A stretch of DNA of 64,000 nucleotides from assembly GCA_040218735.1 (NCBI GenBank), contig JAVJQW010000061.1:128001-192000 (forward strand), written 5' to 3'. Shown here piece by piece: positions 1 through 13,214 of this stretch (its first letter is position 1; every line of letters begins with the position of its first letter). A program made the translations under genes and the position numbers. This DNA comes from Deltaproteobacteria bacterium (GTDB lineage Bacteria > Myxococcota > Kuafuiibacteriia > Kuafuiibacteriales > Kuafuiibacteriaceae). The notes beneath the pieces are model-generated. The model worked only from the letters and a program-made list of their open reading frames with translations. It made no database searches and had not been told where the DNA came from.

Positions 1-3714
<3,714 letters not shown>

Positions 3715-3751
3715 CCCGCCCCGGAAGCTACCACCCCTGGTTCCTCGACGG

Positions 3752-5545
3752 TCAGCGCAGGACCAGGCTCAGGTCGTACGTGTTGCCGGGATCGGATCCG
3801 GCGTCGGCGTAGAGGTACACGCGGAGGACGTAGGTGCCGCCGACTTGTGTGGAGAAGAGGATCGTCTCGTCGTCGTCGCCGGACGTCGCGCTGCTGAGGA
3901 GCGTGCCGGAGAGCGTGGACAGCTCGGCGTCGATGTCGCCTTCGGCGTGCAGGAAGGACAGGTCGATGTCGACGCCCTGCCCTTGCGCGAGATCGAACCG
4001 GTAGTAGTCGGCGTCGGCTTCACACATCGTGAGGCCGGCGTGTGCGCCGAACGCGACCGGCGCGGCGGCGGCGACCGCGTCGTTCGGCTCGAACGTGTCG
4101 GGCGCGCAGCCGCTGGTCGCGAGCTGGAGTGTGTAGTCGTTGCCCGGGGCGTTGCCGTCGTCGGATGCGAGCTGCACGCGCAGGACGTAGGCGCCGGTGC
4201 TGGTGACGACGAGGGTCTCGTCGTCGTCCTGACTGGCGGCGAGCGCGACGGAGGTGCCGTTCGGGTCGAAGAGTTCGAGGTCGACGTCGCCCTCGGCGTG
4301 GGTGAACGCGGCTTGGATCGTGAGGGGCGTCGCCGTGGTGAAGGCGTAGTAGTCCGATTCGCCGCACGCGGTCGCGGTGTAGGGCGTGTCGAGCGTGGCG
4401 GGGGCGGCGGTGAGGAGCGTGTCGTTCGGCTCCATCGCGTCGGCGACGCACCGCAGCGGTTCGGTGCGGGTGACCTGCAGGCCGTACGGAGCGCCGGCGC
4501 GACGCCCCCCGTCATCGACGAGGTGAACGCGCAGCGTGTGGTCGCCCGGCGTGGTGACGACGTGAGTGAGCTGCTCGTCGTCCGTGGACGAGTCGGCGAT
4601 GGCAACGGAGGCACCGCTGGGATCGAACAGCTCCAGCGCGAGGTCGGCCTCGGCGTGTTCGAAGTCGATCGTGAGCTGGAGGGTGTCGTCGACGTCGGCC
4701 GCGACGACGAACCAGTCGTCGTTGCCTTCACACTGCGCGAGGTCCGAGTACCGGCCCGGCTCGACGCGCGTGGCCTCGGCGGTGGAGTCGTTCGGCTCTT
4801 CGGCGTCGTCGGCGCACGCGCCCCACGCGACCTCCGTGAGCAAGTTGTATTGCGCACCCGGGGCGACGCCGAGGTCCTCCTCCAGCACGACGCGGATCGC
4901 GAAGCTGTCGTCGCGCGGCGCGACGAACGTGAAGGAGGCGAGCCCGGGTTCGGTCGTGACGTTCACGGACTCGCCGGCGAGCGTGAGCCCGACGCGCCCC
5001 TCCGAAGCGGTGTAGTCGATCTGCACGCTGGCTTCGTCGCCGGCTGCGAGGTCGAGGCGGAAGAAGTCGGCGTCGTCGCACGCGCGTAGGCCGGCTTCGA
5101 GGTCGCCGATCACCGCGGCGGCGTCGGAGGCGTCGTTGGGTTCGAAGCGATCCGTCGGGCACTCGCCGCGCGGGACACACCGCCGCGATCCGTCGCACAC
5201 GAAGCCGACCTCACACGGCGCGACGTTGCAGTCGTCGACGCAGGTGGAGGCCTCGCAGATCTGCGTAGGAGCGCACTCCGCATCGGTGGCGCACACGTCG
5301 GAGCGCTCGGCTTCGACACACGTGCCGAGATCGCACCGCTCGCCGCGCGCGCAGTCGCTGTCGTCACGGCAGCCGGTCGGCGGCGGGGGATCGACGGGGT
5401 CGCGCGAGACCGGCGGATCGGTGCACGCCTGCTGCACGCAGATCCGTTCGTAGGCGCAGTCCGCATCGACGACGCAGGGGGGCGCCTCGCGGATGCCGAA
5501 GCAGCTCGTGAGCAGGACGAGCGCGAGCGGGGTGGGCCTTCGCAC
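3752..5545 (-). CDS. Lipoprotein with Cys-rich N-terminal repeats and four pre-peptidase C-terminal (PPC)-like domains
   Basis: Lipobox-like LVLLTSC after GTG 5545; CxxDxDC repeats; four units starting CxxDxxEPND with D.D[YFW][FY] and DxDLEL motifs. Confidence 0.8.
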   Translation of the reverse strand: MRRPTPLALVLLTSCFGIREAPPCVVDADCAYERICVQQACTDPPVSRDPVDPPPPTGCRDDSDCARGERCDLGTCVEAERSDVCATDAECAPTQICEASTCVDDCNVAPCEVGFVCDGSRRCVPRGECPTDRFEPNDASDAAAVIGDLEAGLRACDDADFFRLDLAAGDEASVQIDYTASEGRVGLTLAGESVNVTTEPGLASFTFVAPRDDSFAIRVVLEEDLGVAPGAQYNLLTEVAWGACADDAEEPNDSTAEATRVEPGRYSDLAQCEGNDDWFVVAADVDDTLQLTIDFEHAEADLALELFDPSGASVAIADSSTDDEQLTHVVTTPGDHTLRVHLVDDGGRRAGAPYGLQVTRTEPLRCVADAMEPNDTLLTAAPATLDTPYTATACGESDYYAFTTATPLTIQAAFTHAEGDVDLELFDPNGTSVALAASQDDDETLVVTSTGAYVLRVQLASDDGNAPGNDYTLQLATSGCAPDTFEPNDAVAAAAPVAFGAHAGLTMCEADADYYRFDLAQGQGVDIDLSFLHAEGDIDAELSTLSGTLLSSATSGDDDETILFSTQVGGTYVLRVYLYADAGSDPGNTYDLSLVLR

Positions 5546-5624
5546 CGGGCCCAGTGTTTCGAACCTCGCGCGCCTTGGGATCGGTCGACCTCGGTACGTG
5601 GTGCCAGGTGACGGGGACCGAGGG

Positions 5625-6140
5625 TCAGGCGGCGGCGGGCGCACGCACCCACGCGGGCGCTGCGGCGACGAACACGCCGAGCGCGAGACCGAGGAATGCA
5701 CCCACGCCGACGATCGCGCAGCCGAGCGCTCCGACGAGCACGATGTGGAACGCGGCCACCGCGAACACACGTTTGAGGGGGACCTGCTGCCGCACGCCCC
5801 AGACCGCGAGCAGCGCGCCGGCGAGGACTCCGCCCAACCCGCACGTCGCGACCAGGGCTTCGTCGCGCACGCCCGCGTACGCCGCGCAGAGCGGCGCGAG
5901 GAACGCGATGCAGCCTCCGACGGTAGCCGGTGCGATCGCCCGCTCGTACCAACCGCCCCGCCAGCCCAAGAACAACGTCGTGAGCGCCAACGCCGCGACC
6001 ACGCCGTAGCTGACCGCCGTGCATCCGCACGCTTGCTCGGCGCACACGACGAGGAGCGCGGGCAGCCACATGCGGCGGGCCGCGTACTTCAGGCGCCCCC
6101 ACTCGTAGGCGCGTCGTGCTCTGCGTTCGTCAGGCGCCAT
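5625..6140 (-). CDS. Cys-rich integral membrane protein, putative anti-sigma factor
   Basis: About 5 hydrophobic segments and 7 Cys; overlaps the 3' end of the ECF sigma gene. Confidence 0.65.
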   Translation of the reverse strand: MAPDERRARRAYEWGRLKYAARRMWLPALLVVCAEQACGCTAVSYGVVAALALTTLFLGWRGGWYERAIAPATVGGCIAFLAPLCAAYAGVRDEALVATCGLGGVLAGALLAVWGVRQQVPLKRVFAVAAFHIVLVGALGCAIVGVGAFLGLALGVFVAAAPAWVRAPAAA

Positions 6141-6663
6141 GGCGTGCTCCCCACATTCTCTTGAAGCGAACGAGCGCGCGCTCCAGTCTCTTTCGGTACG
6201 TCGCGCCGCCGACGTCCGGGCGCTCGACGAGGCCCGCGGAGGCGAGGATCGCCTCGGCGTCGTGTGAGGACATCTCGCCGAGGATCACCTTGGCCGCGCG
6301 CAACAGATCGGCGCGCTCGGCGACGGCGGCCGGATCCGGTTCGTCACAGGCCGGCTCGTGTTCGGGTGGATCGGACCAGCGACGGCGCTGACGTTTCTTC
6401 TCGATCGTGCGGCACTTGTACGCCGTGATGCCGAGGACCCAGGACAGCGCGTCCCGCGACGGGTCGTACTGGTGGGCGTTCTCGAACACGTCGATCAGCG
6501 CGAGCTGCGCGGCGTCGTCGACCGCCTCGGCGGCGACGAGCCTACGCGCGAGTGCGAGGATCGCGGGACGGACGGAGGCATAGACCGCGGGGAACGCAGA
6601 GCGATCCCCGTCTCTCAAACGTGCCATCGCGGCCGAGAGCCGCCGCCGGTCGTCGGCCTCCAT
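6130..6663 (-). CDS. ECF sigma-70 factor
   Basis: Region-2 motifs GDRSAF, AVDDAAQ, YDPSRDALSWVLGIT; degenerate region 4 (YRKRLERAL). Confidence 0.8.
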   Translation of the reverse strand: MEADDRRRLSAAMARLRDGDRSAFPAVYASVRPAILALARRLVAAEAVDDAAQLALIDVFENAHQYDPSRDALSWVLGITAYKCRTIEKKRQRRRWSDPPEHEPACDEPDPAAVAERADLLRAAKVILGEMSSHDAEAILASAGLVERPDVGGATYRKRLERALVRFKRMWGARHGA

Positions 6664-6687
6664 CCGCCTCGCTTCTTCTCGCGGTCC

Positions 6688-6804
6688 TCAGCAGAACGGG
6701 CAGCAGCCCGTGACGCCGACCTTCGTCGCCGCCCACGCCACGGTGGGCGCGCCGAGCACGACGGCCAACGTCATCCAGGGGAACCACTTCTTCATCGCTT
6801 TCAT
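6688..6804 (-). CDS. 38-aa small peptide with hydrophobic segment and C-terminal CCPFC
   Basis: AGGAGG a few nt upstream of ATG 6804; MKAMKKWFPWMTLAVVLGAPTVAWAATKVGVTGCCPFC*; below the ORF-track size cutoff. Confidence 0.7.
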   Translation of the reverse strand: MKAMKKWFPWMTLAVVLGAPTVAWAATKVGVTGCCPFC

Positions 6805-6856
6805 TTCGCCTCCTGCTTCGAGTAGGCGGCTGGCGGCAAAAGCGTGACCGACTTTC

Positions 6857-7648
6857 TCAGCGACGCGGGACGACGTCGATGATCGCGACCTCGGGGCGGC
6901 AGAAGAGGCGCACGTCGTAGATCGACGTGCCCACCCCGCGGGTGACGAAGACCCGCGTCGCGCCCCGCTCGTACCAGCCGGCGTCGTAGTCGCCGGAGCC
7001 CGGCGGCGTCACGAGCGCGCCATAGAACGGGACGCGAACCTGCCCACCGTGGGTGTGGGCGGCGAGCACGAGATCGACCTTGCCGACGAGCGGGCCGATC
7101 CCCCCGGGGGAGTGCAACAGGCCGATCGTGAATCCCGGCGCGTCTGCGCGGGTCGGGACGAAGCGGGGGTCGGGGCGGCCGCCGGTGAAGTCGTCGAGGC
7201 CGACGATCGTCACGTCGTCGCGCACCGTCGTCGCGGTGTTGACGAGCCAGCGCCCGGGGTCGGGGCGATAGAACCGCTCGACGCTCGTGCCGAGCGCCCA
7301 GTACTCCCAGTTGCCGGTCACGAGGTAGATCCCGAGCGGCGCCGATGGGAGCGCTGCGATGAATCGCTCGACGGGTTCACGATCCCCGCGCGCGTGGACG
7401 AGGTCACCGCCGAGGAGCACGAGGTCCGGCTTCGCCGCGACGACGGCGGCGGCGGCGGCCTCCGTGATGCCGTCGAACTTGGACGCGTGGAGGTCACCGA
7501 CGAACGCGATGCGCAAGGGGCGCGTGATGTCGCCCTCGATCGTGTACGTCTCGACCGCGAGCCACGCCGGCTCGATCCAACGTGCGTACGCCGCGACCAA
7601 CGCGGGGAGCACCACGAGGAACAGGAGGATGCGAACGGGGCGCTTCAC
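6857..7648 (-). CDS. Calcineurin-like metallophosphoesterase (YkuE/YaeI family)
   Basis: GDLH, GGDLV, GNWE, LLHSP, AHTHGGQ and TRGVG motifs; N-terminal TM segment. Confidence 0.92.
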   Translation of the reverse strand: MKRPVRILLFLVVLPALVAAYARWIEPAWLAVETYTIEGDITRPLRIAFVGDLHASKFDGITEAAAAAVVAAKPDLVLLGGDLVHARGDREPVERFIAALPSAPLGIYLVTGNWEYWALGTSVERFYRPDPGRWLVNTATTVRDDVTIVGLDDFTGGRPDPRFVPTRADAPGFTIGLLHSPGGIGPLVGKVDLVLAAHTHGGQVRVPFYGALVTPPGSGDYDAGWYERGATRVFVTRGVGTSIYDVRLFCRPEVAIIDVVPRR

Positions 7649-8790
7649 GGTTCACTCAGCGCGCCGGTCTCGGCGGGCGCGACGGACAGCTCGCCGTCCT
7701 GGCTCTCATCGCCGGCGATCGACAGCAAACCCGGCGCCGCGTGTTCGTTGCGCGCGGTGATGCGTTCGATCGCGTCGCGGATCTCGCTCTGCACGCGGGC
7801 GTCTCTACGAAATCCACTCGCGTACGGACGAAGCCGACCGATGATCGCCGGCGTGCCGAGCATGCCGATCGCCCGGACGACGCTGATCGGGACGTTTGCG
7901 CTCCGGTTCTCGATCAACGCACACAGCCCCTCGACCGCGAGCGGGTGTCCGACCCTCAGGCGGCGTGCGGCGGTGAGGCGCATTTCCTCCGTGGATTCGG
8001 GGTCTACGACGAACTCGACGAGGGTGTCCTCGGCGCAGTCGCCGAGCAGCAACGCCGCGCGGAGGCGCACGGACGGCGCTTCGTCACGCAGCGCGCTCAG
8101 GAGCACTTCTTCGGTGCGAGGATCGTCGGCGAGCTCACGGTGCAGCGTGAGCAGATTTCTTTCGCGAACCGATGCGACCGGATCACGCCGTGTGTTGCGG
8201 ATCAGCGACGACGGGACGTCGAGCGGAGCGTCGCGCATCCGGATCGCGAACTGGGTGAGCTGTCGAATCAGCCGCGTCAGGAACGTGGGCGCGCGGGTGC
8301 CGCGCCACACGAGGGCTTCGGCGTCGAGGTCGAAGCGTCCGGCGAGGCCGAGGATCAGATCGCGGGTCGAGACGTCGAGGAGCGCGAGGACGAGGGTCGG
8401 ATCCCCGCGCGCGACGTACTCGTCATCGAAGCGTTGGTCCCCCGTGAATGCACGCGCCTTCTTCTCGAAGCGCGGCACCAGCGAGACCTCGCCCGGGAAG
8501 CCGAGCGCCGCCTCGATCGTCACTTCGATCTTGTGCCGGTCCAACCCCAGCCGACGCGCCGAGGTCACGGTCGCGCAGACCGTCATGCCGTCGACCTCGC
8601 CCGAGATCGTCTGTCCCTCCATCACGAGACCGAACGTCGACGCCGCGCGGGCGAGGCTCTGGGCGGCGTCCTGCCCCGGCGGGTGCACGCGGCCGGCCGT
8701 CCGCGAAGGGAGGCGCAGCCAGGGCGAGCGGTCCGTGAAGAGCCACAGGCTCAGCACGACGCCGGTCGCGAAGAGGGCCCAGTCCAGCAC
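7645..8790 (-). CDS. Membrane-anchored HEAT-repeat protein
   Basis: GTG start, N-terminal TM, then DPVASVR and DEAPSVRLRAALLL HEAT-like repeats; GTGA overlap with the next gene. Confidence 0.65.
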   Translation of the reverse strand: MLDWALFATGVVLSLWLFTDRSPWLRLPSRTAGRVHPPGQDAAQSLARAASTFGLVMEGQTISGEVDGMTVCATVTSARRLGLDRHKIEVTIEAALGFPGEVSLVPRFEKKARAFTGDQRFDDEYVARGDPTLVLALLDVSTRDLILGLAGRFDLDAEALVWRGTRAPTFLTRLIRQLTQFAIRMRDAPLDVPSSLIRNTRRDPVASVRERNLLTLHRELADDPRTEEVLLSALRDEAPSVRLRAALLLGDCAEDTLVEFVVDPESTEEMRLTAARRLRVGHPLAVEGLCALIENRSANVPISVVRAIGMLGTPAIIGRLRPYASGFRRDARVQSEIRDAIERITARNEHAAPGLLSIAGDESQDGELSVAPAETGALSEP

Positions 8791-8828
8791 CCTCGACAAT
8801 CTGGCAGGTGCACCCGGGGTCCGCCAAG

Positions 8829-9539
8829 TCAGGGATCGCGCCGGTCCACGAGGCCGGCGCGGAGGAGTGCGTCGGCGAGCGGCGTGTCCCGGGCGACGAA
8901 CACCCGGGTGAGGCCGCGGGCGCCGAGCTCGGCGACGGCTAACCGGAGCTCGTCGGCGGCGCGCGCCGGGTGCTCGATCCGCCACGGGGCTTCGGTCTCG
9001 CGGACGACGTCCACCACGAGGCCGCCGTCGTCCGCACAGACGAGCGCGTCGGGGGCCCAGGCGTCCGGCTCGCGGCCCACGACCACCAGCGGGCGACCGT
9101 GCTGCACACGTTTGAAGAACCCGGCGTTCATCTCGCGGGCCTCCTGCGCGCGCACCCCCACGACGACCTGGATGCCGGCCGCCTCCAGGGCGCGGATGCC
9201 GGCGCCGTCGACCCGCGGATCGGGATCCTCGAGCGCGACGATGGCGCGCGCGATCTGCGCGTCGATCAGGGCCTCGGTGCAGGGCGGCGTCTGGCCGTAG
9301 TGGCAGCAGGGCTCCAGCGAGACGACGGCGGTCGCGCCCTTGGCTTCGCCGCGCGCCTCTGCGAGCGCGACGACCTCGGCGTGCGGGCGCCCGCCGCGCT
9401 GGGTCGAGCCGCGCCCGACGACCGCGCTCCCGCGCACGATCAGGCACCCCACGGAGGGGTTCGGCCAGACGGACCCGAGCCCCGCGCGTGCGAGCGCGAG
9501 CGCCTCGTCCATCCACCGCGCGTGCGCGTCGAAAGACAC
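8829..9539 (-). CDS. ribD: Riboflavin biosynthesis pyrimidine deaminase with truncated reductase domain
   Basis: PNPSVGC, HAE, SLEPCCHYGQTPPC and DPDPRVDG motifs. Confidence 0.9.
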   Translation of the reverse strand: MSFDAHARWMDEALALARAGLGSVWPNPSVGCLIVRGSAVVGRGSTQRGGRPHAEVVALAEARGEAKGATAVVSLEPCCHYGQTPPCTEALIDAQIARAIVALEDPDPRVDGAGIRALEAAGIQVVVGVRAQEAREMNAGFFKRVQHGRPLVVVGREPDAWAPDALVCADDGGLVVDVVRETEAPWRIEHPARAADELRLAVAELGARGLTRVFVARDTPLADALLRAGLVDRRDP

Positions 9540-9604
9540 CGACGCCGTGAATCCAACATTGTGCGGCGGCGGGCAACCGCTGAGCGCGGTATGGTCGGCC
9601 CTCG

Positions 9605-10474
9605 ATGCAGCACGTCGTCACTTCCCCGCATGCCCCGTTCGACTCCGCGTCGGGCGCGCTCGAGTGCCACCAGGTGCTCGCCTGGCAGGACAACCTCGTG
9701 TGGCTGATCGTGGACAAGGCCTCCCGCCGCGCCGCGGCCGTGGACGGGCCCGAGGCGAAGGGGGTGCTCGAGCACTGCGAGGCCCACGGCCTGAACCTCA
9801 CGACGATCCTCAACACGCACACGCACCCCGACCACATCGGGATCAACCAGGACCTCGACGACCGCGGTCTGCTCGCGTCGATGCGCGTCGTCGGCTCGAA
9901 GAACCCCGCGCTCCCGATCCCCGGCCAGACGGAGAAGGTCGGCGACACCGACACGTTCGAGCTGTTCGGCCAGACGGTGCAGGTGTTCCTCACCGAGGGG
10001 CACCAAAACGGGCACGTCAGCTACCTCGTGGACGGCCTGCTGTTCTGCGGCGACACGATGTTCGGCGCGGGGTGCGGCTACCTCTTCGACGGCCCCGCCG
10101 AGAAGATGTACGCGAGCCTCGAACGCCTCGCCGCGCTGCCCCCCGAGACGAAGGTCTGCTGCGCACACGAGTACACGCAAGACAACTTGCGCTTTGCGTT
10201 CTCCGTCGATGGAGACAACCCCGCGCTCGCCGAACGAATCCGACGCGACTGGGCGACGCGCGACGCCGGCGGCTGCACGATCCCCTCCACCATCGGGCTC
10301 GAGCGCGAGACGAACCCGTTCCTCCGCACATCGTCCGAGCAGATCCTCGCCAGCGTGCGGGCGGCCCAGCCGGAACGCGACTTCTCGAACGCCGCCCAGG
10401 TCTTCGCAGCGACGCGCGCGCTCAAGGACGCGAAGGGATACAAGACGATCGAGGACACAACGCTCCTCGGCTGA
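9605..10474 (+). CDS. gloB: Hydroxyacylglutathione hydrolase (glyoxalase II)
   Basis: DNLVWL, THTHPDH, GH, GDTMFGAGCG, CAHEYT and PSTIGLERETNPFLR motifs. Confidence 0.9.
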   Translation: MQHVVTSPHAPFDSASGALECHQVLAWQDNLVWLIVDKASRRAAAVDGPEAKGVLEHCEAHGLNLTTILNTHTHPDHIGINQDLDDRGLLASMRVVGSKNPALPIPGQTEKVGDTDTFELFGQTVQVFLTEGHQNGHVSYLVDGLLFCGDTMFGAGCGYLFDGPAEKMYASLERLAALPPETKVCCAHEYTQDNLRFAFSVDGDNPALAERIRRDWATRDAGGCTIPSTIGLERETNPFLRTSSEQILASVRAAQPERDFSNAAQVFAATRALKDAKGYKTIEDTTLLG

Positions 10475-10562
10475 CCGGGCGCCACGAGATCGTCATGAGT
10501 CGCGCGCCGCTTCGACACCGAACACGAATCACTCGGCCCTTGCGCTGTACGAGGCTACCCCC

Positions 10563-10967
10563 ATGAAGAACATCATCCGCGTCGTCGTCGCCCTCGCCCT
10601 CCTCGCCGGCCTGTACTGGGCCTTCTTCTCCGGTCGCCCGCCCGCCGATCCGGGCGATGTCGAGACCATCGCGAACCGCATCAACGAGACCACGCCGAAG
10701 ACGATGGCGGGGGTCCGCCTGGATCGTGCGTCGGTGAGTGCGCCGGACACGCTGCGGATGCACTTCACGGCGCTTCAGGCCAAAGCGGCGGACGTCCCGG
10801 CCGGGACGATGCGCACCGAGGTCCTCAAGGGCATCGCGACGCTCTGCACGGGCGGCGGCGTGTCGGACATCCTCGCCGCGAACCGGACGGTGGAGATGGC
10901 CTACGTCGATGCGGACGGCGTCGAGATCGAAGTCGTGACGATCACAAAGGCCGACTGCCCGAAGTAA
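10563..10967 (+). CDS. Hypothetical membrane-anchored periplasmic protein
   Basis: ATG 10563, MKNIIRVVVALALLAGLYWAFF signal anchor; two Cys. Confidence 0.7.
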   Translation: MKNIIRVVVALALLAGLYWAFFSGRPPADPGDVETIANRINETTPKTMAGVRLDRASVSAPDTLRMHFTALQAKAADVPAGTMRTEVLKGIATLCTGGGVSDILAANRTVEMAYVDADGVEIEVVTITKADCPK

Positions 10968-12432
10968 CACGACGCACGGCGAACCCGAGCAGGAGCAGCA
11001 GCGCCCACGGCGAGCTCGAACGCTCCGTCGCCGAACACCCGCACCCACCGCCGATCTTCTTGCCGGCCGCGCGCACCTCGATCTCGGGCGTGCCCTCTTC
11101 GAGCGGCGGCTCCGGCTGCGGCTCGAACGGCTGCTCGGGCTCCACCGGCTCCTCCGGCTCGCCGGGCTCCTCGGGGGTGACCGTCGCCGTGACGACCCGC
11201 GCCGTCATCTCGAGGAGCGGACCGAAGCGCGCACCGTTGCGGGTCATCTGCCACGCGGCGCCGTAGGTGCCCTCCGCGACGGTCGCGGTGAGCACGAGGC
11301 GCCAGGCCTTCTCGTCCCCGGGAGCGATCCGGTCCGTCGAGTCGAGCGGGACCCCTTCGTGCGCGCCGAGGTCGTCCCCCGAATCGAACGCCAGCACGAC
11401 CTCGCCGTTCGCCCACGTGGTGGTGCCGGTGTTCTCGACCACGAAGACGACCTCGAACGTCTCCTCGGGCTCGACCTCGATCAACATCGGGCCCTCCACG
11501 AGGATCGCGTCGTCGCGCTCCGGCGGCGCGCCGCTCTCGGGGACCAGCCCCAGCGACGCCCAGCGCGTCTCGCCCGCCGCGACGGTCAACCGCTGCTCCG
11601 CCGTCACGTAACCGGGCGCGGAGTACGTGAGGACGTGCTCGCCGACCGGGACCGTGAACTCCCAGTACGCATCGACGGGGCGCGCGGCGAGGTTCGTCGT
11701 GCCGTCGAGCGTCACCACCGTGCCCGGGATACGCTGGTTGCCCGCGGCCGAGGGGGAGTCGGTGACCGAGCGATCCCAAACGACGCCCTTCACGACCGCG
11801 GTGTCGGGCGGCGGCGGCGGCGTGCCGTTCATACACGTCGTCGCCGGGAGCGCGTTGTAGTTGCCCTGCGCGACCCAGAAGGAGATCGGTCCGCCGCACT
11901 GTCCACTGAATGGATCGTCGGAGACGTTGTTCGAGTACCGCGGCTCGAAGTGAAGGTGCGGCCCCGTCGAGTTGCCCGACGATCCGACCTTGCCGAGGCG
12001 CTGCCCGCACACGATTCGGTCGCCGACGGAGACCTGCACCGAGCCCTGCATGAGGTGCCCGTAGAACGTCGACTTCCCGTCGGCGTGCGTGACCTTCACG
12101 TAGTTCCCGAAGCCGCCGCCGCAGTTGCATTGCCCCGACGTGCAGCGGTCGAAGCAGCCCTCCACCGCGAACGTGACCTCACCCTCCGCCGCCGCGACCA
12201 CCCACTTGCTCCCGGCGTCCATCGCCGCGAAGCCGCCGATGCCGATGTCCGTCCCGCGGTGCCCGTTGTACGCGTTGGTGCCGCAGTTCCAATCCTGGAT
12301 CCCGCCGCCGGACGAGAGGTCGCGGTAGGCCGTGATGTACGGCGCGTTGCCGCCGGCCTCGATCGGGAAGCGGTACTCCTGCGCCTGCGCGGGGAGCGCG
12401 AACAGCACGGCGACGAGCGGCGCGTACTTCAC
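10942..12432 (-). CDS. M23 family peptidase with carboxypeptidase-regulatory-like and Ig-like domains and MYXO-CTERM tail
   Basis: Signal peptide ending AQA; HRGTD, GNYV and GPHLHFE motifs; C-terminal GGGCGCS + TM + RR. Confidence 0.9.
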   Translation of the reverse strand: MKYAPLVAVLFALPAQAQEYRFPIEAGGNAPYITAYRDLSSGGGIQDWNCGTNAYNGHRGTDIGIGGFAAMDAGSKWVVAAAEGEVTFAVEGCFDRCTSGQCNCGGGFGNYVKVTHADGKSTFYGHLMQGSVQVSVGDRIVCGQRLGKVGSSGNSTGPHLHFEPRYSNNVSDDPFSGQCGGPISFWVAQGNYNALPATTCMNGTPPPPPDTAVVKGVVWDRSVTDSPSAAGNQRIPGTVVTLDGTTNLAARPVDAYWEFTVPVGEHVLTYSAPGYVTAEQRLTVAAGETRWASLGLVPESGAPPERDDAILVEGPMLIEVEPEETFEVVFVVENTGTTTWANGEVVLAFDSGDDLGAHEGVPLDSTDRIAPGDEKAWRLVLTATVAEGTYGAAWQMTRNGARFGPLLEMTARVVTATVTPEEPGEPEEPVEPEQPFEPQPEPPLEEGTPEIEVRAAGKKIGGGCGCSATERSSSPWALLLLLGFAVRRVTSGSRPL

Positions 12433-13085
12433 GGCAGTCGCCTCGCTGCGCCGGTGTCGGGGTCGAGGTGATAGTGCACGCCGCCGGCGTCGTAGGTGAG
12501 CCCGTCCTTGTACACGAAGCGCTCCGCCGGGGTCGGGACGAAGCCGTCGAGCCCGCGCCCCGCGACCAGACCGACGTTCGTGAGCTGCCGCGCCTCTTCG
12601 AGCTGAGCGTCGAGGATCCACACCGACGCGACGGTGGTGCGCGTGGACACGAAGACCACGCGCGCGTCCGGGAGCACGAACGGCATGCTGTCGCCGGGGC
12701 CGGTGGTGAGCGCACGAGGCTCGGCGGCGAGGAGCCAGAGCGTCGCATCGCCGGGGGCCTGTCCCTCGCGCACGACGATCGGCCCGGCGGGGTGCTCGAC
12801 CGGGAGCCCGAGCACGTGATCGAGGACGCGGCGTTTCGTGCCGTCCGTCACGCGCCACAGCACACCGTCGTGATCCACGACCCACCGCGCGTCGGCGGCG
12901 CGGACGTCTTCGAAGGCGACGTGGTCGTCGATCACCAAGTCGTGCTGCGGGCCACGCTCGGTCTCGGGGATCGCTTCGGTGACCTCGACGGTCACCGCGC
13001 CGGCCGGCGCGAGGCCGGAGCCGGTCTGGGCGGGCGGATCGACGCAGGCGGGGAGGAGGAGGACCGCGAGGAGCCAGCGCCGCAC
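12429..13085 (-). CDS. Hypothetical lipoprotein (TolB/PD40-like segment)
   Basis: LLLPAC lipobox; PDARVVFVSTR resembles a PD40 motif; coupled to the M23 gene. Confidence 0.65.
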   Translation of the reverse strand: MRRWLLAVLLLPACVDPPAQTGSGLAPAGAVTVEVTEAIPETERGPQHDLVIDDHVAFEDVRAADARWVVDHDGVLWRVTDGTKRRVLDHVLGLPVEHPAGPIVVREGQAPGDATLWLLAAEPRALTTGPGDSMPFVLPDARVVFVSTRTTVASVWILDAQLEEARQLTNVGLVAGRGLDGFVPTPAERFVYKDGLTYDAGGVHYHLDPDTGAARRLP

Positions 13086-13214
13086 GATCCTCAGGGTGCA
13101 CGAGATGGCCCGGCGTTTCGTTCGGCGACCCTGCGGATGTGAAGTCGAGTCCACACCGAGCACCCGGGCGCCTTTTTCTAGATCCTCGCCGGATTCCGTT
13201 CGTTCATCCCCTCC

